Source: Lama glama
Lineage: Eukaryota
Assembly: GCA_028534125.1 (NCBI GenBank)
Contig: CM052817.1
Location: forward strand, 20,834,001 to 20,898,000
Reading direction: 5' to 3'
DNA length: 64,000 nt
Shown here piece by piece: positions 24,518 through 37,669 of the stretch. The translations under genes were made by a program, and so were the position numbers. Each line of letters opens with the position of its first letter. The first letter of the stretch is position 1. The notes beneath the pieces were generated by a model, which ran no database searches, was not told where the DNA came from, and saw only the letters and a list, made by a program, of their open reading frames with translations.

Positions 24518-25699
24518 AGTCTGCTTTGCTTGATCTTCTCTCTTTATATTACATTAAAAAAAAAAAAAAGCATGTGGGGCAAAGATTACCAGTATCTGAA
24601 TCTGATGCATTAGTCCTTCCTGAGGCAAAGCTGTAAAGAGGGAGAGGAAATATTAAAATCTGGAGTCAAGTGAAGTTTTTGGCTGGTTTCATGTTTAAAC
24701 GTACATTAAAAGTTTCAAACTTAGTGAATTTATATATATTTTTCCATCTGGAAAACGAACAAACTTGTAACTCATTATAACAAAACAATTTGCATTTTAA
24801 TAACAATTTCATTGGTCAATTTTTTTTTCTTATTATATTAAACTGTTGATGGGAAATAAATACAGACTACCCTGAAGGCTTATAAATAAAACTTCAATGT
24901 AAGAAAATATTATATTCTTGACAAAGTTTAAATTGTTATTAAAGAGTTTATAATGCAGGGTCAGGAATTCTGAATTTTGTCCCCTGGGCAAATAATCTTT
25001 TCTCTGGTTGAGTGTTTCGTGGACTCTCAGTAACAATATCACACCTGGTTTTATCTAAACAAAATTCTGTGAAGTTGATTTTTTTCAATGGAATCAAGCT
25101 CCACAAGAAAAGGTATAATTAGAATCAAACAAAGGCCATTTGACTGTTAAGGGTTATTTCCCTTTCAGTTCTATGGTCTCTCCAGATACTGTCTATTTTC
25201 CCAATGACCCAACTTATCTCCCTCCTAGTCCTGCTGGTTGGTTAACCTAAGACTTACAATCCACTTCTGAAGTCTACTTCCAACATTTTTGGAGCATTTT
25301 CATCTTCCATCTTTTATTTATGCTTTTGTCTTGTCCATTTGAAACTAGTTTGGAGTTTAATTGCCATAATTGCAAGGACAGCAATGTTGCTAAAATTGCT
25401 TTAGGGTAAATGCAGTTATGGAATTACATGTACATTTCCCATAGAAGCAACAGTAACAGCTCACTTATTAAGTTAGACTTTAGTTCCTTTAAATTCCAAA
25501 AATCACAAATGCATTTTAAGCTTACTGAAACTTATAAAATGAGTGACTGGTAGGTTCTACAAGCCAATATGATAATGTCTCAAATCAATGTATCTTAGGC
25601 AGAGTTTGTAGTCATAACATTTCCTTAGCAAATTATTGATGAAATGTTTTCAGTGTTGCCAAAATCTGAAACAAATTTAAAGACTTAATTATAAGATGA

Positions 25700-26125
25700 T
25701 ATACACAATTATCCATTTTGCCAATCTCTGCCTTTTAAATGTTTAGTCCATTTATATTACTGATAAATTATAATTTATGTCCTCCATTTTTCTGTTTGTT
25801 TTCTTATGTATCTTATATCCCATTGTTCTTCTGTTTCTTCATTATCAGCATTTTTATGTCAGAGTGATTCTTTCCAGTGTACAATTTTAAAAGCCTCATA
25901 GGTTCTCTTCTATTATTTTTTTAAAAATTCTGTTTCTAGTAGTAGTCCTGGAGATTACAATTGACATCTTAATTTATACAGATTAGTTCAGATTAATATT
26001 GTTTTGCCTCAATATAGTTTCATTCCCTTACACCACCTTTGTGCTATTATTGTTACATAAGTCACTTATATGTCATATGCCCATTAACAAAATTTTATAA
26101 TTATTGTTTTATGCAAATATTTTAA
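25700..26125 (-). mobile_element. Old L1 fragment (near the ORF1-ORF2 spacer)
   Basis: 'atccattttgccaatctctgccttttaa...gtttagtccattta', 'ctggagattacaattgacatcttaattt'. Confidence 0.65.
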
Positions 26126-26499
26126 ATTTTTGTCTTGGACAGTAAACTTTAAGATTGGATGGTATCAAAATAATTAGAAATACTATTCTAGAATGGGGTT
26201 GCTGTTTTAGATGAGAGACAGAGACAGAGAGAGATACTGTGGCTATCCCAGGCCTGTGTGTCTATTCTTTGGATTGAATTAAAAATGGAAAGATTTTATT
26301 CAAAAAACTTATATAGGGCTTTTTAATCACTCTCTTCATATTAGCTCACCCATGCTTGTATTTTCCATTTAGTTGCTGTTGTCACGATTTGAGTCCTACT
26401 AATATCTGTATCACTGTCGTTGAATGACTTATGATGCAGTTAATACAAAAATCTTTTAATACATAGATTAGGAAACAATGGGAATGGTAAAAAAATCTT

Positions 26500-26670
26500 G
26501 ACTTATGCATTAAGAGGAAAATTCTGGGACTTCCTCCATCCCTACTACAGTGTGTAGTGGGTATATCATTTAATGTTTCTTGGCGTCAGCTTTCTCAGTT
26601 ATTAATGGTAAAGACCAGAGATTGGACTAGAAGGTGGTTTGAGTTTGAGTTCTAAATTTCTGTAATTAAA
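26500..26670 (+). mobile_element. MIR/MIR3 fragment
   Basis: 'tcagctttctcagtt...attggactagaagg...ttctaaatttctgtaatt'. Confidence 0.5.
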
Positions 26671-27554
26671 GATATATGTTTTCTTTTCTCTAGAAGCCCT
26701 TTTCTTAGCTTTTAGCAGAAATGAGAAAAAAAAATCTTTCCCAAATTGTCAAAACTATACTTTTAGGAGGAAACATAATTTCCTTTTCTCATATTTTTAT
26801 TATACTTATCTTACAGTATCCCATATTTATTTTATTTATGACTGTATGATGGCATCCGCTGTGGCTGAGAAGTACACCAAACCTCATGTATAGTGTGGTC
26901 ATGCATTTTTAATCAAAGCATCTAGGTATGTCCCCAGTAATCTGTAAATATATTTTCTATGCTTTATTTTAATTATAATCAATTTAGAATTGATTGTGGT
27001 CCCTTTTTCTCTCAAAAGTGGCTTTGGAATGCACTGGGTAAAGGAGATATTTTCCTAAATATGGTCATATTTTTATCAAATGAATATATCACTTAGACCT
27101 CTGCAAACCCCCAAATGTTTATATGTTCTGCTTTTAGTTTCTCCTGATAATGTTGAGGTTGAGATGAACTGTAAAATCTGATGTTATTTCCAGGAAGGTC
27201 ACCTTTAAAGAAGAATGTTCTTTGAGTATGTCTTTTTCATGTGTTATGTATTTGCTTGTTTCTTTTTTCATACTCAATTTTACTTACAAGTTTATTTTAG
27301 AAAAAGTATTCTTCATTTAGTTTAGTTTTTTTCCTCTATTTTGTTCTTTAAATTTTAAAAACGGAGAGATTGAGCAAGTTTAATATAGAAGTGTTATAAA
27401 TTGTTGCTCTCCCTGAATTTCAGACCTGTAAAATGAGGAAAAGTGAGGAGCAAGGACTACATTCTGTATAAAATCATATACATCTCTAAAGGGCTTTGCT
27501 AACATTATAAAGGTTGAGCATAAGAGCCACAGAAAATTCTTCTATCAATTTAAA

Positions 27555-27730
27555 ATAATGTACCAGATACCATTGTAAAGTGCTTTGCATATATGAATCC
27601 AGAAAACAACCCTATGATTTTTAAAATTTTCATAACAACCCAGTAAGGTAGATAAAATTATTATACTCATTTTATAAATGAGAAAACAGGGGCACACGGA
27701 GGTTAAATACTTTGCCTAAGATTACACAGT
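27555..27730 (-). mobile_element. MIR SINE
   Basis: 'cataacaacccagtaaggtag...cattttataaatgagaaaacaggggcacacggaggttaaatactttgcctaagattacacag'. Confidence 0.85.
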
Positions 27731-27834
27731 GGACTCATACTTACTGTGGAAGCACATAAACTATAACAATGGCAGAAACTAGGCAAGGAGACAAAATAGA
27801 GGCCATTGTCCTTCGTTGACTTGCATTGCTATGT

Positions 27835-27990
27835 TTCTTTCTTTTTTTTAATTTTCTTTTTTTTGAGGTATAATTAACATATAACATTATATTGGTTTTA
27901 AGTGTACAACATAATGATTCAATATTTATATACAGTGTGAAATGATCCCCTCAGTAAGTCAGGTTACCATCCGTCACCATGCATAGTTAA
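27835..27990 (-). mobile_element. Short 5'-truncated L1 (L1MA9-like 3' end with poly-A remnant)
   Basis: T-tract followed by 'gaggtataattaacatataacattatattggttttaagtgtacaacataatgattc'. Confidence 0.85.
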
Positions 27991-28809
27991 CTTTCAGGAT
28001 TGTTTCTTTCTTGCTGCTTTGGTTCTTCAGGAAAATTAACTCCCCATCCTATTTGAGTATAAAATCAGGCTGATATTCAAACGCTCTGGCTTCAGTACCA
28101 GGATCTTGTCCCTGCCTTCCATCTTAGCTGATGTTTTAAAGCAAATATGTAAAGTGAAAAAATCTGACTCTGCACTCCCATCCATTTTCAACATTTTTAC
28201 TAAATTGCCAATTCTCCATTCATTTGGGTATCACTGGAGGCACAAGTAAACTTACAGTATTTTGATGTATTCCACAAATTTTCACATGACTGAGTTCATT
28301 TGGTACAAAAAATTCTCCTTTATTTTCCTTCTACTAGTTCCATACAGTGTCCCATTTCTTCCTCTACATGTAGTACTTGCTGCCGATTTTAGGCAAATAT
28401 CTACATATGGTTTCTATTGGCTGAGAAAAAGAAAAGTGTGAAAATGCTTCAGGCAAATTAATTTGATAGGACAGGCAGACCAATTATCAGGGCATAATAA
28501 TATATACATATACACTTTTTTTTTTCCCAGTGGGGAAAACCAAGGTAGCAAGTTGCAAGATAACTGGTCCTCAGGAAATCTTTGTCTATCAAAGTAAATG
28601 ATGGAAGACAAAACCATTGATGTCTTTATCGTTTAGTTGTTCCATGAAATAAAATCTGTAAACTGTTTATTAACATTTTCTTTTGTTGGTTAGTTTACAC
28701 ACGTACTTTTTGAAGTAAGGTAGTTTCCTAACTTCATTTAAAGATAGTAAATCAGACACAACTAAACCACAGTATCCCATTTTTTAAGAAGATCTAGAAC
28801 ACACTTCAA

Positions 28810-28821
28810 TACACACACACT

Positions 28822-28852
<31 letters not shown>

Positions 28853-28864
28853 TATATATACACA
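28810..28864. repeat. (CA)n/(TA)n microsatellite
   Basis: Seen directly. Confidence 0.95.
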
Positions 28865-29009
28865 TTTTTCGTTATGACTCCTAGGTCACTCCAAAACCTT
28901 TCACTCTTTCTGAAATTGCATTGCAATTTGAGCCATGAGATGGAGGTTTGGTGGCTCTATTGTGAATGTTGTAACTATCCAATATCATTTGTACATTTTT
29001 AGCCACTAA

Positions 29010-30300
29010 TTAATTAGAAACATGCATTGAGTATACATTTTATGTCAGGCATTATCCTGGAACTCTATGATAAAAAAAATCAGTCGAAGTCCCATCTTCA
29101 TGGATCTTACATGAGGAAAACAAAGCAATTTTTTGGATAGATAAAATTTCAAATTAATTTAAGATTTCAACTGTGATTAGTGCACTAAGGAAGACAGAAA
29201 TCCAGTGCTATTAGAATCTACAAAATTTAACCTAGCCAGAGGTATCTGAGGAATCTGAAAGGGGATGGAAGGTAGGAGAGTGAAGGCAATAGTATGATCA
29301 AAGAGCCTCCTTGAGAAGAGGAAAAATAAGCAGAGATTTGAATAAGAGTGGAGGAGAGCTGTGTGATTATCTGGGAACAGAGTATTTCTGATGGAAGAAG
29401 AAACAATCCCTTTGAAGCATCCTGGGTACTCGGCAGGACTGAGAAATAGAAGGAGGTCAGCGTGCGTGACAGAGAAGAGCATTGTGACAAAGACTCTCTC
29501 ACTGATCAAACTCTAGCCGGATTCCTCTGAGCCATCTTCTCTACAGTCCTTAACCGTGACCTATAAAGACTGGAACAAATACCGATGTAGTTTCTGACAG
29601 CTCAAAGCTGCACCCCTAGGATGACCCTAGTCTCCCTGAGAAAACTCAAGGCTGCCAGAAGCATTTCCTGTTTGTCCTAGCCAACAGCTGATGACAGGTG
29701 GCAGAGTGGGAGCCTGACTTTGATAAGTGCCAGTGAGCAAACCCAGGTGGGTTTCATATGCACTCCCTTTCTCACTTTTGGTAATTTTTAACTTCCCTGA
29801 TTCTACTGAAGTGTCACCATTGTCCCTCCCTACTCCCTCATTCTCCCCTTAAAATGCTCAGTCACCTCTGCACACATCTGAGTGGGACTCACTCAGCTCT
29901 TTGTCTATTGTCAGTAGCTAACTGAATCAATCCGTTTTTACCACTTTAAAGATAAACTAATGTTTATTTTTGCTAGCAAGACGACATAAGTCAGAGACGG
30001 TAGATGGGAGCCTGGTCACTCTGAGCCTTGTAATTAATGATAAAAACTCAGGATTTTATTGGAGTTAGGTGGGAATCTATGAGAGGATTTGAGCTGAGAA
30101 GAGGAATAGTAAGACATTTTCAAAGAAACACCTGCAGAGGGGCAAGGGAAAAGTGGGGAGGCCAGGTAGGAAGCTGTTTCAGTAGTCCCAGCAAGAGATG
30201 CTGGGCTGGTCTAAGTCAGTGGTGGTGAAAATGTGAAATGAAACAATTTGGATATATTTGAAGACAGTGCTGAGTGGATGTGCTAATGCACCATGGGAGT
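29010..30300 (-). mobile_element. L2 element split by a MER31-like LTR
   Basis: 'cattgagtatacattttatgtcaggcatt', 'gtgattatctgggaacagagtattt'; resumes with 'ggattttattggag...ggattgagctgagaag'-like sequence and 'tttggatatatttgaag'. Confidence 0.75.
29483..29975 (+). mobile_element. MER31-like ERV1 solo LTR
   Basis: Starts 'tgtgacaaagactctctc...caaactctagccggattcctctgagcc'; internal 'ggatgaccctag...cctgagaaaactcaaggctgcca'; TSD gcat/gcaa (3/4). Confidence 0.85.
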
Positions 30301-31239
30301 TAGATTTTTAATATGTAAGGATTATTTACATACATAAGGAAAAGTAAAATATGACTTTACATTCTGTTCAAATATCTGTGTCAAATTTATAAATGATAGT
30401 GTTGTCTTTCCAAAACAACTATTCCGCGGAAGAAAAGATATCATTAACTAATTAGCAAAATCAAATATATGGTATACATTTCCCACTTGAATTTTTCCAG
30501 ATCATTCAAAAGTGGTTAGTGATGAAGATAGACAAGTTCAGTGGACTAATTAGCAGATGAAGAAAGGACAATATCATTGAGGGTCTCTTATTATAAGACG
30601 TCCTATTCTGTTCCCAAAGAAACACTTGCCATTTTCTCCCAGACACTAACAAAAATATAAAGAGACAATTTGTTTCCAGAAAATACCTTTATATGAAAAC
30701 AAATTCAACAAGCCAGTTGTATTATCAACTGGGATTTAAGTTTCTAGTTCGGAAGTTACAGCTATAGAAAGTAGACCAAATAAGTAGGGTGTCTGGGACT
30801 TTTTTAAAAGACAATTTATACCAAAAAACTTTACTTTAATTATTTGTAGTAAGTGTCATAAGCTTCATCCTAAATTTTATTAAGTATCACATGCTTATGA
30901 TCCTTTTCCAGGCACTCTGAAAAATTATGCATTTTCTTTCATCTGTCCACCCATTCGGTACTATCCAATGACCATGAAGATTTGCTTAATGTATTTTTCA
31001 TCTTTGCAGTGGAAAAGGCATATATCTGAAACTTAAATAAGAAGTGATTTGAAATAGCATGCTCTATTTATATTTGAATAATTGAAAAACTATTATTTTT
31101 ATAATGAAAAATACAGAAGGGAAATGTCAAAAATGTGTTTTAAATGCTTAATTGAAAGTCTAGGAATTCATACTAAGAAAGAAGATTCTTCGAGGAAGTT
31201 AAAGTGCAGGAATGTGTGATTTTTATGCTTATCCAAAAA

Positions 31240-31480
31240 GCAGAGATTGTTAAGGATTTGATTTACTTCACAGATAGACCTGAGTTGGGATCCTGCTTCT
31301 GTCATTTATAAGTTGGTCACATTAAGCGTGACATGTAATTTCTCTGAACCTTGGTTTTCTCAGCTCTGAAATGGGGTTAATGATTTAATTGCATGAGATT
31401 CTTGTAAGAATTTAATGTGATAACACAATAGAGTGCTTTCCAAATTTCACTGAAATGGTATAACTCAGCAAATGTAAATA
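31240..31480 (+). mobile_element. MIR SINE
   Basis: 'cagatagacctgagtt...tctctgaaccttggttttctcagctctgaaatggggttaa...aactcagcaaatg'. Confidence 0.8.
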
Positions 31481-31934
31481 TGCAAATTTTTTGACTTAAG
31501 GCAGTTCACTGTCTAGTATGTTTAACAAGAAAATAATAGATTAGTTTTTCTAATAGATGCATTACTGCAGCTAATCTGATTTTTGCTTACTTTAAAATCA
31601 GCCCTCCATCGCCTTTTCACGATAGCTATAAAACTCAGTAAAAACATCAAGAAAAAGTTAGAAGCTACAAATTAATGTATACATGTACCCAAAGTTTATT
31701 CTTCTATTGAGCTTCAGGCCCTGGGCTTGTTGCTAGAGAGACAATATATAGAGATAAAATATACTTTCTCCATAACTATCAAGAATAGTTTTGGAAGAAC
31801 ATTTGTGGCAGCACAGCATTATTTCTTTGTATGACTTGTGCCCTTCTATATGTTTCTTTAAAATGCTGTCCAGGGGCGGTGGGGAAGATTAACAGTATTT
31901 TGAAGGGCTTATTGGTATTCATAAACCACATTAT

Positions 31935-33140
31935 CAGGTTTTTTCCTGTTGTTGAATTCTAAGGGTTCTTTGTATATTTTGGATAACAGTCCTCTATCAT
32001 ATGTGTCTTCTGTAAATATTTTTTCCAGTCTGTGGCTTATTGCCTCCTTTTTTGACATTATCTTACACAGAACAGAAGTTGTTTTTTGGGTTTTTTAGTT
32101 TGTTTGTTTTTTGAACGAAGTCCAGCTCATCAGTTGTTACTCTCACGGACTATGCCATTGGTGTTATTCCCAAAATTCATCACCAGACCAAGTTAATGTA
32201 GATTTTCTCCTATGTTATATTCTAGAAGTCTTATTATTTTGAAATATACATTTAGGACTATGATCTACTTGAATTAATTTTTGTGAAGGATATAAGGTCT
32301 GTGTCTAGATTGGTTTTTTTTTGCATGTGGATGTCCAGTTACTCCAGCACCATGTATTGAAGAGATTATCTTTAGTCCATTATGTTATCTTTACTCCTTT
32401 GTCAAAGATCAGTTGATAATTTGTATGGATCTATTTCTGGGCTCTCTGTTCTTTTCTCCTAATCTCTTTTACTCGTATCGCCTTGTCTTGATTATTGTAG
32501 TTTTAAAGTAATTCTCAAAGTTAGGTAGCATCAGTCCTCCAATTTTGTTTTCCTTCAATACTGTGTTGATTACTCTGCATCTTTTGCCTCTCCATATAAA
32601 TTTTGAATAAGCTTGTCAGTATCCACAAAATAATTTGCTGGGATTCTGTTTGTAATTGCACTGAATCTATGAAATTTGGAAGAATGGACATCTTGACAAT
32701 ATTGAGTCTTCCTCTCCTTAAACATGGAATATTTCTCCATTGATTTAGTTCTTTTTTGATTTTGTTCACTGGTTTTATATTTTTCCTCATAAAGATCTTG
32801 TACATATTTTGTTTGATTTATATCTAAGTATTTCAATTTTTGGGTCACTAATGTAATGGCATTGTGTTTTTATCTTCAAATCTATTTGTTTATTGTTGAC
32901 ATATAGGAGAGTGAGTGAGTTTGATATATTAAACTTGGGTCTTGCATGCTTGCTATAATTGTTTACTAGCTCTAGGAGTTTTTTGGCTGATTTTTTGGGG
33001 TTTTCTTTATAGACAATCTGTTATCTGTGAACAGAGACAGCTTCATGTCTTCTTTCTTAATTTATATACTCTATTTTCTTTTGTCTTAGTGCATTAGCCC
33101 AAACTTCCAGTGCTATGTTGATCAAGAGTGGTGAGAGGGG
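31935..33140 (-). mobile_element. Old L1 ORF2 fragment (3' half)
   Basis: ORFs 32521..32805 and 32570..32848 give ORF2 peptides (KYLDINQTKYVQDLYEEKYKT; WRNIPC...GRLNIVKMSILP) with frameshifts. Confidence 0.92.
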
Positions 33141-33271
33141 AGTGACAATAGCTTTTTCATTATGAAATTCAGTGTACTGGGTGCCATCTGTGATATTCAT
33201 CTCGAGTCTCTAGTAGTTCATGACCTATGATTTAGTAAACACTGGCATGGGGGAGGGATCTGCAGTTAAAT

Positions 33272-33410
33272 AGCGCTACGGCCTAGGTGTTTTTGTCAAC
33301 GCAAAATTCATATGATGAAATCCTAACTCTCAAGGTGATTGTACTTGGAGGTGGGGCCTTTGAGAGGTGGTTGGGCTTAATACCCTTTAGAAAGAGGCTC
33401 AGAGGGCAGA
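33272..33410 (+). mobile_element. MLT1A/B-like MaLR LTR 5' fragment
   Basis: 'caaaattcatatgatgaaatcctaactctcaaggtgattgtacttggaggtggggcctttgagagg'. Confidence 0.75.
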
Positions 33411-34251
33411 TGCTCAGGTCAATGGCATATAGTACAGTGAACACAGTTAGTCCTCCTATCTGCCGGATATGAAGGGCCAACTATACACACATTTGTATTA
33501 CATTAAAGTAAAAGGTATAGAAAGCCAAGTCATTATTGCTAGGCAAAGGCAGTAGTTAACATTTCAGACAGGAGATTTTAACTTACTTATTTGTAGAATT
33601 TTTGGATGCATCCCGGGTGTAATCTGCATCCATATCACAAAATTTACCAAGACAGCAAGTCATTTGGGACAAAAAATAATCTGGGGATTATAAGAGTATG
33701 AATTTGATTGTCAAGAAAGTCCAAAGGGATATCAAATTGGAAGGCACTAGGACTTGTAAAATTACTTAGTGCATTTCCTATCCTTACAGACCTTTCCCAA
33801 ACCTGAGATGATCTTCGTCATGTAGGATATTGTTTGAAGATAAGGAAATTCAGAATTCAGTATGTAGTTTGTGGAGTCATAATTACATGTGCAGTTGAAT
33901 GTAAGTGTTCCAGTTTGAACTAAACTGATACTTTCATATCAATGTAGATGTGTTAGAGGAACATCTAGTGGACTGTTGTTGTCTGGTTGAGATGCACATG
34001 TCAGGTGTGAATGTGAAGAGTGCAGTGGGTAAGACAGTGGTTCAGTTATGAGTGTCTTATTAGGTGAAAGGGTATCCACAAAACTTTTCCAGGAAGAACA
34101 GAGAATCTGAGAAACAACTAGTCTTAAGGAGACAGAGATATATTCCAAATACAATGACTCCGTACTGAGAGGGCAAAAGCAATTCCAAATACATATGGTA
34201 TCCATTACTCACCTGTGTTCTACTGCCATGGAAGCTGCTTCAATAAACATA

Positions 34252-34472
34252 CAGTTGAGCCTTGAACAACGAGGGAGGGAGGGCTAAGGGCAGCAACCCT
34301 CTGCATAGCCAAAAATCTGTGTATAATATATAGTTGGCCCTCCCTCTACATGGATCTTCAGCATCCTTGGATTCAACCAACTGCACAGCAGTACCATAGT
34401 ATTTACTATTAAAAAAATCCACACATAAGTGAACCTGTGTAGTTCAAACCCATGTTGTTTAAAGGTCAACTG
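34252..34472. mobile_element. MER8-like Tigger2-family MITE
   Basis: TIRs CAGTTGAGCCTTGAACAAC ... GTTGTTTAAAGGTCAACTG with TA on both flanks. Confidence 0.9.
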
Positions 34473-34639
34473 TACATTAAATTTATAAATAAATGGGCAC
34501 AATTTAAAATGGACATAGTTACACAGAGCATGATAATTGTGAAACACTAGAAAGTGTAACAGTACTCCCAGTTTTGTTTGGAACACAGGATGGCTTAGTC
34601 CACCAAACCACATTATTTGCCTAATGCTCCAATGCAATG

Positions 34640-34790
34640 ACTCAATAAAACTATGCTATTATAATCTCCATTTTAAATAGGAAACACCTATGAAATATAT
34701 AGTGTACATGATTTGTCCAAAGTTAATGACAGACCTGGGTTTTAGCCCTGTGTTGAGTTTGACGCCAAAGCACCCAATACACTGAGCATA
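34640..34790 (-). mobile_element. MIR fragment
   Basis: 'ataatctccattttaaataggaaacac...tgatttgtccaaagt'. Confidence 0.6.
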
Positions 34791-36684
34791 ACTCCAGGTT
34801 ATCAGTCCATGTGTATAGTTATGATCAGATATGATAAGAATATTCATTAGTTAACAACTGCTTTAAGATCAGAGGAAGGCACTTCCAACAGCGCAGGCAT
34901 TTATAAGAGGATACAGTTCTTGTCCCGAATATCAGCAGCTGGCTCTTTAATACTATCGTCTTAGTGACAACCTTGGAATATTTTTGTATCATTATGGGTA
35001 GTGAGAGGCTTTGTAGTTGGTGAAAACAAAGACTAGGTGATCAGAAGCACCAGTAAGACAGCCCCGAGGATTCCCAGAAATAATAAAATTTGAAGAAGCC
35101 CGGAACTGGTATCATTCCACATCACATAATTTCATAGGAGAGAAAACTCTTTATTTCCAAAAATGTGTTATTTGACCCAAATGTGTTGTTTTTTTTTTTG
35201 AGAAAAATTCTAGATGAAACTAACCTGACTGCATTACTATAGCTCATACAAGGTTAAATCACTCCTGGTTAGATAACATTTTTGGATTCCGGAAGTAATG
35301 ATGATTGACGCACATTGTGAAACAGAGGTTCTCAGAGTTCTGGCTGATGTTCTCCTTGGCTTGCAGGCAGCCAGCAGGCATAGGTAGCACTCTCCTACAT
35401 CTCAGTGTCCCCATCCTATGATTGTAACCCAGGTACCTTTCTCAGGACCTCCTTTTGCTCAGACTCTCAAATTCAAAATAGGAAAATTCATGTATCGTGA
35501 TGAAATGAGAACCATCAAAGAAGGATGATTTTACGTATTTCTAGAACTACTCTCTTGCTTTTAGATAACAAAAAGCCTCTTCTTTTGTCTCACATTTGCT
35601 GCCTTGATTTCCCTATGGACAGACATAAAATTTAGAAGATATTTTTGATTCTTTTATTTATAACTTAGAAAAATAAACCCTTAAGGTACATTTACTTCCC
35701 CTTGTAAATAACGCATTCACAATTTGGAAAAAAAATTCTAGCATCGTAAATACAATGCAAAAATTTAAAATATGATGTATATTATACATAATCTTATTTT
35801 TCTATCCCCGAAGACCCCCAGTAGATGTGACAAGACATGCATTTTTTTTTTTGACTTAAAGACTTGTGTTCTCTATTTTGGCCTCACATCGCAGTTAACG
35901 CAGCAGGACCTCAGGGGGGAAAAAAAAGAGTGCAATTGAAGTTCATGATTTTCCAGGTTCACTGGCTCTTAAAAATCTAAGGAACAGACAGGCAAAGCTC
36001 ACAGCTTGGTATTTTAGACATACAACTTTCAAAGGGGTAGGGCTTTATTTAATTAGCAACTGCCTTCCCTGAGCTGCAGTGACATTCTGCTGAGCTTTTA
36101 AACAGGAGTGTGAAGTCAGAGCTGCCATCACAGATGAAGCCAAACGTGACTTTCCATTCCAGTTTTAGCAACGTTTCTCCATCAGGAACGTTGCCTGGCC
36201 CTCTTATGTCTACATGTCCTCACATTTGTCATATCACATTGAAATATTAACGTATTCTACAAAAATAAATCTTTGTTTCACTGTGTTGGTAATTCTATTA
36301 GCTTGCTAGAATCATGATTTTCTTCTTGCCCATTTCTGCCCATATCTCTTTGTTATTTAACAGCCATTCAGTTGTGTCCGGCCTAGTGTGGAGGGTGCTC
36401 AATCTCTGTCTCATTACACAGGTTCACCACCACTGGGGGCCTGCTTGATGCTGGCCTAGACCGAGGAGATAAATATCTCAAACCCACAAAACAAACCAGA
36501 GACCCAACACTTCAGTGGAGAGGAGCTCGTTTAATATTTGCTGAAAAATGAAATAACGGTAAGTAGAACATAACAGTGAGTTCTTCTGTAAGAAAGGGAA
36601 AGCTGCTTAGCATTTGTTAGATATACCAGGCATTGTGCTGGACGTCATTTATACATTGTTCCATTTAATTCTGATAACAACCCA

Positions 36685-37184
36685 NNNNNNNNNNNNNNNN
36701 NNNNNNNNNNNNNNNNNNNNNNNNNNNNNNNNNNNNNNNNNNNNNNNNNNNNNNNNNNNNNNNNNNNNNNNNNNNNNNNNNNNNNNNNNNNNNNNNNNNN
36801 NNNNNNNNNNNNNNNNNNNNNNNNNNNNNNNNNNNNNNNNNNNNNNNNNNNNNNNNNNNNNNNNNNNNNNNNNNNNNNNNNNNNNNNNNNNNNNNNNNNN
36901 NNNNNNNNNNNNNNNNNNNNNNNNNNNNNNNNNNNNNNNNNNNNNNNNNNNNNNNNNNNNNNNNNNNNNNNNNNNNNNNNNNNNNNNNNNNNNNNNNNNN
37001 NNNNNNNNNNNNNNNNNNNNNNNNNNNNNNNNNNNNNNNNNNNNNNNNNNNNNNNNNNNNNNNNNNNNNNNNNNNNNNNNNNNNNNNNNNNNNNNNNNNN
37101 NNNNNNNNNNNNNNNNNNNNNNNNNNNNNNNNNNNNNNNNNNNNNNNNNNNNNNNNNNNNNNNNNNNNNNNNNNNNNNNNNNNN
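36685..37184. other. Assembly gap (500 N) with duplicated flanks inside a MIR
   Basis: Run of N; 36610-36684 is identical to 37185-37259. Confidence 1.
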
Positions 37185-37669
37185 GCATTTGTTAGATATA
37201 CCAGGCATTGTGCTGGACGTCATTTATACATTGTTCCATTTAATTCTGATAACAACCCACTGTGGTAAGGTTGAGCAAACCAATCTGAAAGTTTCCTAGC
37301 TCAGAAATTATGCACAGTGGAATACAGGCAGCTTGCTCATAAATTCACTTCTGTATGGTTGATGCTTGAGATTTGGATGTTGCGTCTGTTTTTTTTTTTT
37401 TTCCTTTATTGCAGGGCTGTCCTTCTATCGCATGATGTTACTGGTTAAATCTGCTTGGGGTGGGTTGTGCCATGTATAGGGGTGTTTTTCAGCATGGGCA
37501 GAGGGATGTCGTGGTCCTTGGGAGCCCTTCGTCTGAGGGAGGCAGTAGACATTTTGGAGGTGGTGGTGTTAAGCTTCAAAATTAAGAAACAAATTATGAA
37601 TTAGCTAATGACAGAATTGTTCTTTAGTAAATGCTTACTTACTTGTAAAATGTGAATTTTAAAAGGAGG

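Noticed and set aside
36428..36443. CTCF-like motif ccaccactgggggcct
   Set aside because: It mismatches the core AG, and a single weak match is not enough evidence.
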